DNA of 64,000 nucleotides from Alphaproteobacteria bacterium (GTDB lineage Bacteria; Pseudomonadota; Alphaproteobacteria; RF32; CAG-239): NCBI GenBank assembly GCA_017465405.1, contig JAFTWG010000013.1, positions 7,739 to 71,738 of the forward strand, read 5' to 3'. Shown piece by piece: positions 50,326 to 60,246 of this stretch (position 1 is its first letter; each line of letters starts with the position of its first letter). The notes under the pieces were generated by a model. It saw only the letters and a program-made list of their open reading frames with translations, ran no database searches and was not told where the DNA came from. The position numbers and the translations under genes were made by a program.

Positions 50326-53300
50326 ATGACAAATAATATAAAAAATGCTGTGAGAATATTGTGCCTTATAATGTGTACAACAATCTCCAATGTGTATGCT
50401 AAAGAAACTAATGCAGAAAATATCTATACTTTTGCTAAAAATAACGATTTAAAAAGTTTGCAAGAGAATAGTAAATATCTTGATATTGAGGATAGTAATG
50501 GTGATACAGCTTATTGTATGGCATTAAGACAAAATGAAAAAGATATTGCAAAAATTTTGGAAAAAGCAGGTGCTAATACAAACCATAAATGTGTTTCTTC
50601 AATACTATCTGCAAATAAAACATTTTTGGGAATGGGTAAAAAAGGTTGGTTAACAACCGGTGCTGTGGTTGTTGCCGGAGGTGTAGCCGCTGCTGCCGGA
50701 GGCGGCGGTGGAGGAGGCGGAAGTGGTTCTTCCGATAATACAAATACTCCGTCTGCACCATCTGTTCCAAACTGTGTAAACGGAAGTCTAGTTAATGATA
50801 AGTGTGTTTGTAATGAAGGTTGGAAAGGTAACACTTGCGAACAAATTGTAACTTGTCCTTATAATACAATATCTTGTTCTAACGGCTATAAAGAAACAGG
50901 AAATACATGTAAATCAGGTTCAAAAATATATGTTGAATGTAAAGTAAATACTTGTACTGGATATGAATATACAACATGTCCAATAGGTTATGCTCAAAGT
51001 GATATATGTCAATCAGGAGAGATTGCTAAAATAAAGTGTGATAATTGTGACACGGGTTACGAAAAAGATATAAATGGTAATTGTGTGTTAATTAAAGAAG
51101 ATATTGTTGGTTCATCAACAACATTAGATAATGGTGGAATAATAAATAATAATGAAATTAAGATTGTAAATGATAAGTATGCAGATATCTATGGTCTTAA
51201 GGGGGATCATTTTGCAGTAAATGCTTATACCTATATCAGTGAAAGTCTTAGACCAGGAATGATTAATAGTGCAGATGCATTAATTGATATTGAAAATACG
51301 AATGATGGTAATGTATATGGTGTATATGGAAATCTATCAGCTGAAAATGCTTCTTCATCATCTTGGGGAATAGCAAAAGGAATTATTAATATCCACAATA
51401 TTGGGAATGGAGATATATATGGTTTATATGCAAAAGAAAATGATGCTTGTAATGCTTGCCATAGTACCCCAAATAAGGAATATACTGAAGGAATAATAAA
51501 TATAAATAATGTTGGTAATGGTAATATTTATGGTATTACTGGTAAGTATTCAACTTATAACGCTTATGCATCTAATAGAGAAACAGGACTTCTAATCGCA
51601 GATGCAAGAGCTAGTGTTATAATCAACAATATAGGAAATGGTAATGTTTATGGAATAATGGGGATAGGTGCTAACTCACATGTCTATAATATATATGGAG
51701 ATAGTACAGAACCTCGTTATGAAAAAAAGGCAAAAGGAATTGTTTATATAAAAAATGAGGGTGATGGTAATGTTTATGGATTATATGCACAAGACGGAGA
51801 AGTAAGTAATGGTCATTTAAATAGATATGGTAGCGGAGAGGCTCGTGTAGATATTATCAATGCTAGAGGTAATAGTTTTGGCATTTATGGTGCTAAAGCA
51901 TATAATTATACTAATATTACAAATAAGGATTATGAAGCAACCTATTATGGATATACTACAATTGCAAATTTAGGCGCAGGATATGCCGTTGGTATGTATG
52001 GAGTATCTGAAGCATATAATAGAGGAGATGTTATTGTACATAATTTAGGAAGTGGAACTGCTGTAGGAATTTATGTAAATGGAGGAACAGCAGGGAACTC
52101 AGGGAGTATTACAATTACAAGAGCTAGCTATAAAGATAAAAAAGCAACAGATACGACGGCAGATGATAAAATTTATACCGCTACAACAAGTAAAGGAGGA
52201 ACTGCTGTAGGGATTTATGGTACTAGTGGTGCAAAAATTACAAATAGTGGCACAATTACCATTGATGGTGCTGAAAATGCTTATGGTATTTATGCAGAAT
52301 CAGGTGCTACAATTACCAATAGTGGTAAAATATTTATTGAAAATACAAATACATCATATGGTATTTATGCTGAAGAGGATTCTACAGTTACAAACACTGG
52401 AGAGATTAGTATTGATGGTAATAAAAATCATGCAAATGCCATAAAATTAAATGGTGCTAAATTATTTCAAAATGGTATAATGACTGCTCAATCACTTAAT
52501 TTAAGTGCATTAGGTGGTGAAGTTGTTGCAACATCTACATCTTCTTTTGTGGCAAAAGATGATATATCAGGCAATTTGTCAATTAGTAACAATGTTGTTA
52601 GAAATGGTTTTGATACAACATATACTATCAAGGATATGATTAATGCTGCAGATACCAGTAATTTAAATCTTGTTTCAAAATCTGCAATGTTTGATGCTGA
52701 TTTGAAAAATGGTAAAGATGCGGTTATGACAATGAAGTCATTTAATGATGTATTGGAAAACAAATCATTAGCAAACTTTTTACAGAAAAACTATGCTTTG
52801 CAAAATAACGAAGGTTTGTTCGGTAGTATAAAATCTGCAGAAAGCATAAAATCATTGAACAACTTTGCCGATGAAATGTTTGGTAAAGATATGTTCTCTC
52901 GCTTTGCTTTTGAAGATTTAATGATTATGCGCGAGTTAAACTTTGATATAAACAACAAACTTTTTAATAACAAAGAAGATTCCTTGTCAATCGGTGGTAA
53001 CAAATCTTCCTTTGCTTTTTCCGGAAACAGTCGTTACTCATTGACCAGTGTCAAAAACGATAAAACTTCAATGGGTATCAGTGTTGCGTTCTCTGATATT
53101 AACAGTGATGATGGAAATGATAACAACCAACGATATGACAGAATGTATAATATCAGTATGCCGGTGGGATACCAAGCAAACGGCCTAAAATTTGTAAGTA
53201 CTCCACGAGTTGGATATTCGTACGGAACATACGACCGTAACGGATTTGATAATCAAACTTATGAAGGTACGGTAGAAAAACAAATGTTCGCATTTATGAA

Positions 53301-53745
53301 CGAGGCTCGTTATCCGATACAAGTTGGAGGTTGGAATATTTCTCCGTCTGCAGAATTAAACTTTATTAATTATCGAATTTCAGGACATGAAAAGGATAAG
53401 GAATATAGCCTTAAAATTAAATCACAAAATAACTATTCAGTTGAAGCAGGTGTAGGTTTATACGCAAGTAAAGAAACTAATTTTTCAAAAGATAGTTCAT
53501 TAAGATTTAATGGCGGTGTTGCACTTTATCACGAATTTGCAGACCCGTATAAAATGAAATTGGGTATGAGCGGTATGGCAGGAACATTTACCTTAAGAGA
53601 TGAAGACCGTTCTGATAACAGAGCAGTTGTACAATCTGAAATAGAGTTTAAGCACAAAAACTTCTCTATTGTAGGTAATGTAGCATCATACATAGACCGC
53701 AAATATGAAACAAACGCAACATTAGATTTCAATTTTGAATTTTAG
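50326..53745 (+). CDS. type Va autotransporter with composite passenger: ankyrin repeat, poly-Gly linker, EGF-like Cys-rich module, NxGNGxVYG repeats
   Basis: Signal peptide MTNNIKNAVRILCLIMCTTISNVYA, with AGGAAGGA RBS. ANK-like segment (DSNGDTAYCMALRQNEKDIAKILEKAGANTNH). Linker G12SGSS. EGF-like CVCNEGWKGNTCE. At least 6 NIGNGNVYG-type repeats. C-terminal beta-barrel ending NFEF. Confidence 0.75.
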   Translation: MTNNIKNAVRILCLIMCTTISNVYAKETNAENIYTFAKNNDLKSLQENSKYLDIEDSNGDTAYCMALRQNEKDIAKILEKAGANTNHKCVSSILSANKTFLGMGKKGWLTTGAVVVAGGVAAAAGGGGGGGGSGSSDNTNTPSAPSVPNCVNGSLVNDKCVCNEGWKGNTCEQIVTCPYNTISCSNGYKETGNTCKSGSKIYVECKVNTCTGYEYTTCPIGYAQSDICQSGEIAKIKCDNCDTGYEKDINGNCVLIKEDIVGSSTTLDNGGIINNNEIKIVNDKYADIYGLKGDHFAVNAYTYISESLRPGMINSADALIDIENTNDGNVYGVYGNLSAENASSSSWGIAKGIINIHNIGNGDIYGLYAKENDACNACHSTPNKEYTEGIININNVGNGNIYGITGKYSTYNAYASNRETGLLIADARASVIINNIGNGNVYGIMGIGANSHVYNIYGDSTEPRYEKKAKGIVYIKNEGDGNVYGLYAQDGEVSNGHLNRYGSGEARVDIINARGNSFGIYGAKAYNYTNITNKDYEATYYGYTTIANLGAGYAVGMYGVSEAYNRGDVIVHNLGSGTAVGIYVNGGTAGNSGSITITRASYKDKKATDTTADDKIYTATTSKGGTAVGIYGTSGAKITNSGTITIDGAENAYGIYAESGATITNSGKIFIENTNTSYGIYAEEDSTVTNTGEISIDGNKNHANAIKLNGAKLFQNGIMTAQSLNLSALGGEVVATSTSSFVAKDDISGNLSISNNVVRNGFDTTYTIKDMINAADTSNLNLVSKSAMFDADLKNGKDAVMTMKSFNDVLENKSLANFLQKNYALQNNEGLFGSIKSAESIKSLNNFADEMFGKDMFSRFAFEDLMIMRELNFDINNKLFNNKEDSLSIGGNKSSFAFSGNSRYSLTSVKNDKTSMGISVAFSDINSDDGNDNNQRYDRMYNISMPVGYQANGLKFVSTPRVGYSYGTYDRNGFDNQTYEGTVEKQMFAFMNEARYPIQVGGWNISPSAELNFINYRISGHEKDKEYSLKIKSQNNYSVEAGVGLYASKETNFSKDSSLRFNGGVALYHEFADPYKMKLGMSGMAGTFTLRDEDRSDNRAVVQSEIEFKHKNFSIVGNVASYIDRKYETNATLDFNFEF

Positions 53746-53761
53746 TGAAATTAACAAATAA

Positions 53762-53790
53762 AAAAACGGGGAGGATTCCCCGTTTTTTTT
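53762..53790. terminator. bidirectional terminator (aaaacgggga...tccccgtttt)
   Basis: GC stem with A/T runs, between convergent genes. Confidence 0.65.
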
Positions 53791-55420
53791 ATTTGTTGGT
53801 TAGGACTTCGATGTCGTATGGGAAATTGATGTCAATACAACATTCTTCATCAGCTTCCACAAATTTTGTGTAGTCGTAATGTTCCATAAATATAGCTCTC
53901 AAATGCGAATTTTCAGGAACTAAATCGGCCGATTGATAAATGTCTTTTCCCCACAAAATCGGGTTATATTTTTTGCCCTTAAATTGACTTATGCAAAGCT
54001 GTCTGTGTTTGTCTTTATCAAATGTTTTAATCATTTTATTGATATAAGCAGGGGTTATGCAAGGCATATCCGCCGGAATTAGCATAGCACCATCACAAAA
54101 CGAAGGAACAGAGTTTATTCCCAAACGGATAGACGTTTTTACACCGGACATATAATCATCATTACGCAAAATATTTATATCCAAGTCTTCCATATATTCT
54201 TCGAGTTCTTCGGCACGATGTCCGGTAACAACATAAATCGGATTAGCTTTAGATTTTATTGCGGCACGAACTGCTTTCATAAACAAAGGTTCATCACCGA
54301 GTTTTACCAAAAGTTTGTTGCAACGAGCACGAGTAGAAATTCCGGCCGCTAAAATTACGGCAGCAATATGAGCCTCGGTTTTCGTTTTTTTCTTATTGTT
54401 ATCAGGACTGATTATGTTTTCTTTTTCTTCATCTGATAGTTTAGTATCTTCAAGTAACACATTGTTAAAGTGTGGAAAATCGTTTTGAAAAAGTTTGTCT
54501 TTAGTGATAGCCATTTTGATAAATTTATCTGCCAAAGGAGAAGTTACTTTGTCATAGTGATAGGGCAAAACAATAATTTTAGAATTTTTCTTGGTGGCAA
54601 TCATAAGGTCGGAAAGAGTGTCTTGCGGAATGTTTGAACAAACAATACAATCGCTGGAAGCGCTCAAAGCTGCAGGAACGGTATCGCCTACATAGCTACT
54701 CGGCAAAGCCGGAATGACAAAAACAAGAGGATATTTTCCGGCAGCTTCCGAAATTCCGGCCGCAGTATCAGTATATTCGTGAGCACAATAAAATTCTTGT
54801 GCAAATTCTAATTGCAAACCGGAAAAGTTTTTAATCAGACGTTTAACAACTGCTGAAAAATGCTTGTTTTCGGCATTGTCTTTATAAAATTGAGTGAACA
54901 AAACAGCTGCTTTTATCATATTTTCAGATTGAATTTTAAGCAGAGGTTCGTTGCCGGAGAGACGAAAGATAATATCGTCAACAAAAGATTGTTCAACTAT
55001 CGGACAGCGAAACTTCAGACTTCCGATAACATCACCTTTTTTTACGTTTTTATAGGCAGGAACCGTGTTTAAGGTCATATACGGGTTGATGCGGTTGAAT
55101 TTTGCTAATCTTTCATCGGTACATATAAAAATACCATCGCTATTCGCAACAATTTTACAACTGTTGGAATTTTTTGATATGGTATATACTAAATTGTTAC
55201 CGCAAATTTGCGGAGCAATCATTCCTAAAGCCGTTTCAACCGTAATGTCACCGGGAACTGTTCTGACGCCGGTAATTTTCTTGATTCCGATAATTTTCAA
55301 AAACATAATGTCTTCACGAGTGAGTTTATGTCCTTGGGGTAAAACTCTATCATCAATTCTGATGTCGTTCAGAAGAATTATACCATCTGCGGTACTAATA
55401 TCAAATTCGCTAATCTGCAT
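53789..55420 (-). CDS. fusion protein: MoeA-like molybdopterin-binding N-terminal region plus MobA/MocA-like nucleotidyltransferase C-domain
   Basis: C-terminal about 200 aa begins AAVILAAGISTRARCNKLLVKLGDEPLF, an NTP-transferase signature. AAAGGA RBS supports the ATG at 55420 (MQISEF...) over the track start at 55471. Confidence 0.5.
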   Translation of the reverse strand: MQISEFDISTADGIILLNDIRIDDRVLPQGHKLTREDIMFLKIIGIKKITGVRTVPGDITVETALGMIAPQICGNNLVYTISKNSNSCKIVANSDGIFICTDERLAKFNRINPYMTLNTVPAYKNVKKGDVIGSLKFRCPIVEQSFVDDIIFRLSGNEPLLKIQSENMIKAAVLFTQFYKDNAENKHFSAVVKRLIKNFSGLQLEFAQEFYCAHEYTDTAAGISEAAGKYPLVFVIPALPSSYVGDTVPAALSASSDCIVCSNIPQDTLSDLMIATKKNSKIIVLPYHYDKVTSPLADKFIKMAITKDKLFQNDFPHFNNVLLEDTKLSDEEKENIISPDNNKKKTKTEAHIAAVILAAGISTRARCNKLLVKLGDEPLFMKAVRAAIKSKANPIYVVTGHRAEELEEYMEDLDINILRNDDYMSGVKTSIRLGINSVPSFCDGAMLIPADMPCITPAYINKMIKTFDKDKHRQLCISQFKGKKYNPILWGKDIYQSADLVPENSHLRAIFMEHYDYTKFVEADEECCIDINFPYDIEVLTNK

Positions 55421-55558
55421 AAATACATCCTTTGAGTTACTCAATTTTTTTATATCATAGATATAAAACAATTTTTCGTCAATAAGTAATAATCCGTGGT
55501 TGACGGTTAAAAAATATGGGAGTATTTTGCTTATAAAATTAACTAAAGGAGAAAAAAT

Positions 55559-55882
55559 ATGAAAAAAATTTTGGGTGCTTGCATTGTGGCTGTTGCTCTT
55601 TCAGCCTGTGCTGATATGTCAGGTTTGACAACTGCTGCTTCTGCTGATACATCTACAAAAGCAAAATTAAAAACTTGTATGTTGAGTGAAGCAAATGCTA
55701 AATTGCAGGCCGGAACATTGTTTACAAACGGAACTTATGCAACTGCTAAAGAAATTGCAACTACTTGTGTTAAGAAATTGGCTCTTGAATCTGTCGGTAT
55801 AACCAGTGAAGCTACTTCTACTGCCGCTACAATTTTAAGTAATTTACAAGCCGCTGCAGCCGCTTCAGGCACAGCAAAATAA
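55559..55882 (+). CDS. small Ala/Thr-rich lipoprotein
   Basis: Lipobox ALSAC after a signal peptide. AGGAG RBS. 107 aa. Confidence 0.55.
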   Translation: MKKILGACIVAVALSACADMSGLTTAASADTSTKAKLKTCMLSEANAKLQAGTLFTNGTYATAKEIATTCVKKLALESVGITSEATSTAATILSNLQAAAAASGTAK

Positions 55883-55926
55883 TTGTTTGTTGCATAAAAA
55901 AACGAAAGGAGGGCAATATGCTCTCC

Positions 55927-56027
55927 TTTTTTTTGCCCGTACAGAAGAATTTTCAAAATTTTCTGTTAACTTTTATATCCGTTTTTTCTAAAAAATCGAT
56001 TTTAAGGCGTTTTTTTTGCTCGTACAG
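55927..56027. repeat. two copies of TTTTTTTTGCYCGTACAG, 83 bp apart, in the gyrA upstream region
   Basis: Read directly at 55927-55944 and 56010-56027. The first copy overlaps the T-run of the lipoprotein gene terminator. Confidence 0.35.
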
Positions 56028-56132
56028 CGATTTTTGCCTGTTTTTGTCGGGGATAAGTTTAATAAAAATGTGTCAGTTTACTATTAATCTGTTATATTAT
56101 CGGGCAGTAAAATAACAAAATAAGGTAAAAAG

Positions 56133-58964
56133 ATGACAGAAGAAATTATGGATGAAAATATTGCAGCCAATGTTGTTGATAAACCGGCTCAAGATATTAC
56201 TCCGATTGATATTTCGGAAGAAATGCGCCGTTCATATCTCGACTATGCAATGAGTGTTATTGTTTCTCGTGCGCTTCCTGATGTTCGAGATGGTTTGAAA
56301 CCGGTTCATCGTCGTATCATTTATTCAATGTATGAAAACGGTTATGACTATAATCGTCCGTTTAGAAAATCTGCCCGCATCGTCGGTGATGTTTTGGGTA
56401 AATATCACCCGCACGGTGACAGTTCGGTTTATGATGCAATGGTTCGTATGGCACAGCCATTCTCAATGCGTGTTCCGATGATTGACGGACAAGGAAACTT
56501 TGGTTCTATGGATGGAGATAGTGCCGCTGCCATGCGTTATACCGAAGCACGTTTAGCCAAAGTTGCTCACGCATTAATTGAGGATATTGACGAAGATACC
56601 GTTGATTTTATGCCTAACTATGACGAAAGCTTACAAGAACCGACAGTTCTTCCTGCTCGTTATCCTAACTTATTGGTTAATGGTACAAACGGTATTGCTG
56701 TTGGTATGGCAACCAATATTCCTCCTCATAACTTGGGTGAAATTATTTCGGCTTGTTGTGCTTATATTGACAATCCGGATATTACTATCGACGAACTTAT
56801 AAACTATGTTCCGGGACCGGATTTTCCGACCGGAGGGCTGATTTTGGGACAAGGCGGTGCAAAATCTGCATATTATACCGGTCGCGGTTCGGTTATGATG
56901 CGTGCAAAATGCACTATTGAAGAAGTTCGCAAAGATAAAGAAGCCATCATTGTTCACGAAATTCCATATCAAGTTAACAAGGCAGCTTTAGTTCAAAGAA
57001 TTGCCGAATTAGTTAAAGAAAAAAGACTTGAAGGCATTTCTGATATTCGTGATGAATCTGACCGTCAAGGTGTTCGTGTCGTTATTGAAGTTAAGAGAGA
57101 TTTCCAAGCTGATGTTATCTTAAATCAACTTTATAAATATACTCCGTTACAAACAAGTTTCGGTATGAATATGTTGGCTATTAACGGCGGACGTCCGATG
57201 ATGATGAATTTAAAAGAAATCATCGCCGCATTTATCGAATTTCGTGAAGAGGTTATTCGTCGTCGTACAATTTATCAACTGAATAAAGCTCGTGACAGAG
57301 CTCATACTTTGGTTGGTTTAGCTATTGCCGTTGAAAATATTGATCCGGTTATTGAACTCATTCGTACAGCTCCGTCTCCTCAAGAAGCTAAAGAAGCACT
57401 TGTTTCAAGAGCTTGGCCGGCAGGTGACGTTGAACCGTTGGTTATCTTAATTGATGAACCGGACAGAAAAGTTGAAAATGGCCACTATTATCTCTCAGAT
57501 GCTCAAGCTAAAGCTATTCTTGATTTGAAATTACAACGTTTAACAGGTTTGGAACGTGATAAAATTCATCAAGAATTAGTAAACTTGGGTGAAGAGATTA
57601 AAGAATGTCTTTCAATTTTGGCAAGTAGAGAAAAACTTTATGGTATTATGCGTGACGAATTATTTGCAATCAAAGATGAATATGCAACTCCTCGTCGCAC
57701 AAAAATTGAAGATATCGAATATGACCAAGATGTTGAATCATTGATTCAAAGAGAAGAAATGGTTGTTACCGTTACCGATGCAGGTTATATCAAACGTGTT
57801 CCGTTAAATGCTTATAAAGCACAAAAACGAGGCGGTAAAGGTAAGTCCGGTATGTCAACAAAAGAAGAAGATTTTGTATCTCGTTTGTTTGTTGCATCTA
57901 CCCATGCTCCGGTATTGTTCTTCTCATCAAAAGGTTTGGTATATAAACTCAAAGTATACAAATTGCCTTTAGGTTCTCCTACATCAAAAGGCAAACCTTT
58001 TGTAAACTTGTTACCGTTAGATGAAGGCGAAAACATTACGACAATTATGCGTTTGCCGGAAAATGAAGCAGATTGCAAAGATATGTCTATCGTATTCTCA
58101 ACCAAGAGCGGTATGGTTCGTCGAAACAGTCTTATGGACTTTGTCAATGTTCAGTCAAACGGTAAGATTGCAATGAAACTTGACGAAGATGATAAACTTA
58201 TCAATGTTCGTATTTGCGATGAAAACGATGATATTATGTTGGCAACTCGTGGCGGTAAATGTATTCGTTTCCCTGTTACCGATGTTCGTGTATTTGTCGG
58301 ACGTAATTCTGTCGGTGTTCGTGGTATTAAACTGGCTGATAAAGATGAAGTTATCTCAATGTCAGTATTAAAACACAGTGATGCAACGGCAGAACAACGT
58401 GATGAATATTCTCGTATTTCTTCCGCTATCAAACGTATGGAAGCAGAAAACGGTAATACCGTAACTGTTAAAGCAACAGACACCGGTTTGTTAAATATTC
58501 TTAGTGCAGAAGAATTTGAAGAAATGCAAGCAAATGAACAGTTTATCTTAACCGTTACTTGTACCGGATATGGTAAACGTTCATCTTCTTATGAATATCG
58601 TGTAACCGGTCGTGGCGGTTCGGGTATTGCTAATATGGAAATGTCACCAAGAAATAAAGAGGTGGTAAGTTCTTTCCCGATTGAGGATAATAACCAAATT
58701 ATGATGGTTACCGATGGTGGAAAACTTATTCGTATGCCGGTGGAAGATATTAGAATTGCCGGACGTAAAACTCAAGGTGTAATTTTGTTCCGCACAGCCG
58801 AAGATGAACAAGTTGTTTCAGTCACTTGGTTAGATGCCGACTCAAAAGATGAAGAAGAATTGGAAAACGAAACCGGTTCTGAAGTTTTGGGAGAGAGCAT
58901 AACTGACGAAAGTGATAATGCTGAAACGGTTACAGAGCCAGCAACTCAAAATGAAGAAGATTAG
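56133..58964 (+). CDS. gyrA: DNA gyrase subunit A
   Basis: 943 aa. Catalytic Tyr region and QRDR ([12 protein letters not shown], wild-type-like Ser/Asp). GyrA-box beta-pinwheel repeats and an acidic C-terminal tail. Confidence 0.95.
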   Translation: MTEEIMDENIAANVVDKPAQDITPIDISEEMRRSYLDYAMSVIVSRALPDVRDGLKPVHRRIIYSMYENGYDYNRPFRKSARIVGDVLGKYHPHGDSSVYDAMVRMAQPFSMRVPMIDGQGNFGSMDGDSAAAMRYTEARLAKVAHALIEDIDEDTVDFMPNYDESLQEPTVLPARYPNLLVNGTNGIAVGMATNIPPHNLGEIISACCAYIDNPDITIDELINYVPGPDFPTGGLILGQGGAKSAYYTGRGSVMMRAKCTIEEVRKDKEAIIVHEIPYQVNKAALVQRIAELVKEKRLEGISDIRDESDRQGVRVVIEVKRDFQADVILNQLYKYTPLQTSFGMNMLAINGGRPMMMNLKEIIAAFIEFREEVIRRRTIYQLNKARDRAHTLVGLAIAVENIDPVIELIRTAPSPQEAKEALVSRAWPAGDVEPLVILIDEPDRKVENGHYYLSDAQAKAILDLKLQRLTGLERDKIHQELVNLGEEIKECLSILASREKLYGIMRDELFAIKDEYATPRRTKIEDIEYDQDVESLIQREEMVVTVTDAGYIKRVPLNAYKAQKRGGKGKSGMSTKEEDFVSRLFVASTHAPVLFFSSKGLVYKLKVYKLPLGSPTSKGKPFVNLLPLDEGENITTIMRLPENEADCKDMSIVFSTKSGMVRRNSLMDFVNVQSNGKIAMKLDEDDKLINVRICDENDDIMLATRGGKCIRFPVTDVRVFVGRNSVGVRGIKLADKDEVISMSVLKHSDATAEQRDEYSRISSAIKRMEAENGNTVTVKATDTGLLNILSAEEFEEMQANEQFILTVTCTGYGKRSSSYEYRVTGRGGSGIANMEMSPRNKEVVSSFPIEDNNQIMMVTDGGKLIRMPVEDIRIAGRKTQGVILFRTAEDEQVVSVTWLDADSKDEEELENETGSEVLGESITDESDNAETVTEPATQNEED

Positions 58965-58983
58965 TTTGTTCTTCTGATGATTA

Positions 58984-59021
58984 AAGCGGTTTTGATTTTG
59001 TAATCAAGACCGCTTTTTTGT
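58984..59021 (+). terminator. gyrA terminator (aagcggttttgatt...aatcaagaccgctt, T6)
   Basis: 14-bp stem with one mismatch, plus T-run. Confidence 0.6.
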
Positions 59022-59071
59022 TTGCTTTTTTGTCAAAAATAGATTATCATCACTTGATATAGGAGATAATA

Positions 59072-59251
59072 ATGTTTGAATATTTCAAAAGAAAATTTGT
59101 CAGATTACAAGGTAAAATAGAGATAGACACCTATCCTAAATATTACGAAGAAAACGACTGTATCATTAAGGAAGAAAAAGATGGTACTCGTTATATTGTT
59201 ACTTTAGATAAAGACTATAATGAACATATTGCGGGGGTTTACAATGGCTAA
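59072..59251 (+). CDS. 59-aa mini-protein (MFEYFKRKFVRLQGKIEIDTYPKYYEENDCIIKEEKDGTRYIVTLDKDYNEHIAGVYNG); candidate antitoxin partner
   Basis: AGGAG RBS 7 nt upstream. Overlaps the downstream P-loop kinase ATG by 8 nt (ATGGCTAA). Below the ORF-track cutoff. Confidence 0.4.
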   Translation: MFEYFKRKFVRLQGKIEIDTYPKYYEENDCIIKEEKDGTRYIVTLDKDYNEHIAGVYNG

Positions 59252-59960
59252 ATCAAAACCGTGGATGATTGTTATTGCCGGTCCTAACGGAGCGGGCAAA
59301 TCTACCTTTTATGAACAAGTTTTGAAAGATGATCCTTTTTTCAAAAAGGCAGAATTTATAAATTTGGATAATGAAGCGAAAGAATTAGCCGGTGAAGACG
59401 GAGACGTAAATGATTATATGTTTGAAGCCGGTCGAAATATTCGTAATCGTTTGCGTGAAAAATTGGATAAGAAACAAACTTTTATATATGAAACCACAGC
59501 TTCGGGAAGAACTCATTTGAAGCTAATTGAAGATGCAAAAGAATTAGGTTATAATGTAGCTTCAATTTTTATCGGGCTGTCTTCGGCTCATTTATCATAT
59601 TTGCGTGTGCAACAAAGAGTTAAAAACGGTGGACATGATGTTCCTACCGATGATATTGAACGCAGATTTCCCAACATTATGAAACGTTTCCCCGATATGT
59701 TGCGTTTAAGCGATGTATCTATGGCTTTTGATAATTCTAAAAAAACACCGTATGAACTTATTTTTATGATGGACGAAAGAAAATTGCTCGTATTTCATAC
59801 TTATCCGAAATGGATGAATACAGCATTAAAAGGGCGTAAAACTCGCAAAGATATGGTTCATATCACTAAAGAAGATTTTATAAGTATGAGTGACCAAAAA
59901 CGAGCTGATATGACCAAACGCATATTCAAAAGTCTTGAAGAAGTAGAAACAACTAAATAG
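59244..59960 (+). CDS. zeta-toxin-family P-loop kinase-like protein
   Basis: Walker A IAGPNGAGKSTF near the N-terminus. About 240 aa. Start at the ATG at 59244 (MAKSKPWMIVIAGPNGAGKST) preferred over the track start at 59220. Confidence 0.6.
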   Translation: MAKSKPWMIVIAGPNGAGKSTFYEQVLKDDPFFKKAEFINLDNEAKELAGEDGDVNDYMFEAGRNIRNRLREKLDKKQTFIYETTASGRTHLKLIEDAKELGYNVASIFIGLSSAHLSYLRVQQRVKNGGHDVPTDDIERRFPNIMKRFPDMLRLSDVSMAFDNSKKTPYELIFMMDERKLLVFHTYPKWMNTALKGRKTRKDMVHITKEDFISMSDQKRADMTKRIFKSLEEVETTK

Positions 59961-60029
59961 GTGTTGACATATTGGACAAAATAATATATTTGTTGCGAAG
60001 ATATTTTATAATTTATACCTTATTTAGCT

Positions 60030-60185
60030 ATGAAAAAGATTGATGTTGATGCCGTAAAAACGGTTGAGGATAAATTGGATTTTTATCGTCACAGTTTTTC
60101 AGAGGGGATGATTTCAAAAGAAACCTATGAAAGCTTAAAAAAACATTATTCAACGATTTTAAAACAATTAAAAGGTGTACGATAG
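60030..60185 (+). CDS. 51-aa SHOCT-like helical protein
   Basis: Motif GMISKETYESLKKHY resembles the SHOCT short C-terminal domain. TTGACA-N15-TATATT-like promoter at about 59963-59992. Weak RBS. Confidence 0.3.
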   Translation: MKKIDVDAVKTVEDKLDFYRHSFSEGMISKETYESLKKHYSTILKQLKGVR

Positions 60186-60201
60186 TGCGTGCGAGATTAA
60201 T

Positions 60202-60246
60202 AAAAACCGCTTTGATTCGTTTTTCAAAGCGGTTTATTTTTTTATT
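60202..60246. terminator. bidirectional terminator (aaaaccgctttga...tcaaagcggttt) shared with uvrA
   Basis: 13-bp stem with T/A runs on both strands. The uvrA stop lies inside the T-run. Confidence 0.6.

Noticed and set aside
55918-56115. 65-aa + strand ORF in the gyrA upstream region
   Set aside because: Composed of the T-rich direct repeats and terminator sequence. No RBS. Phe/Leu-rich nonsense typical of T-runs.
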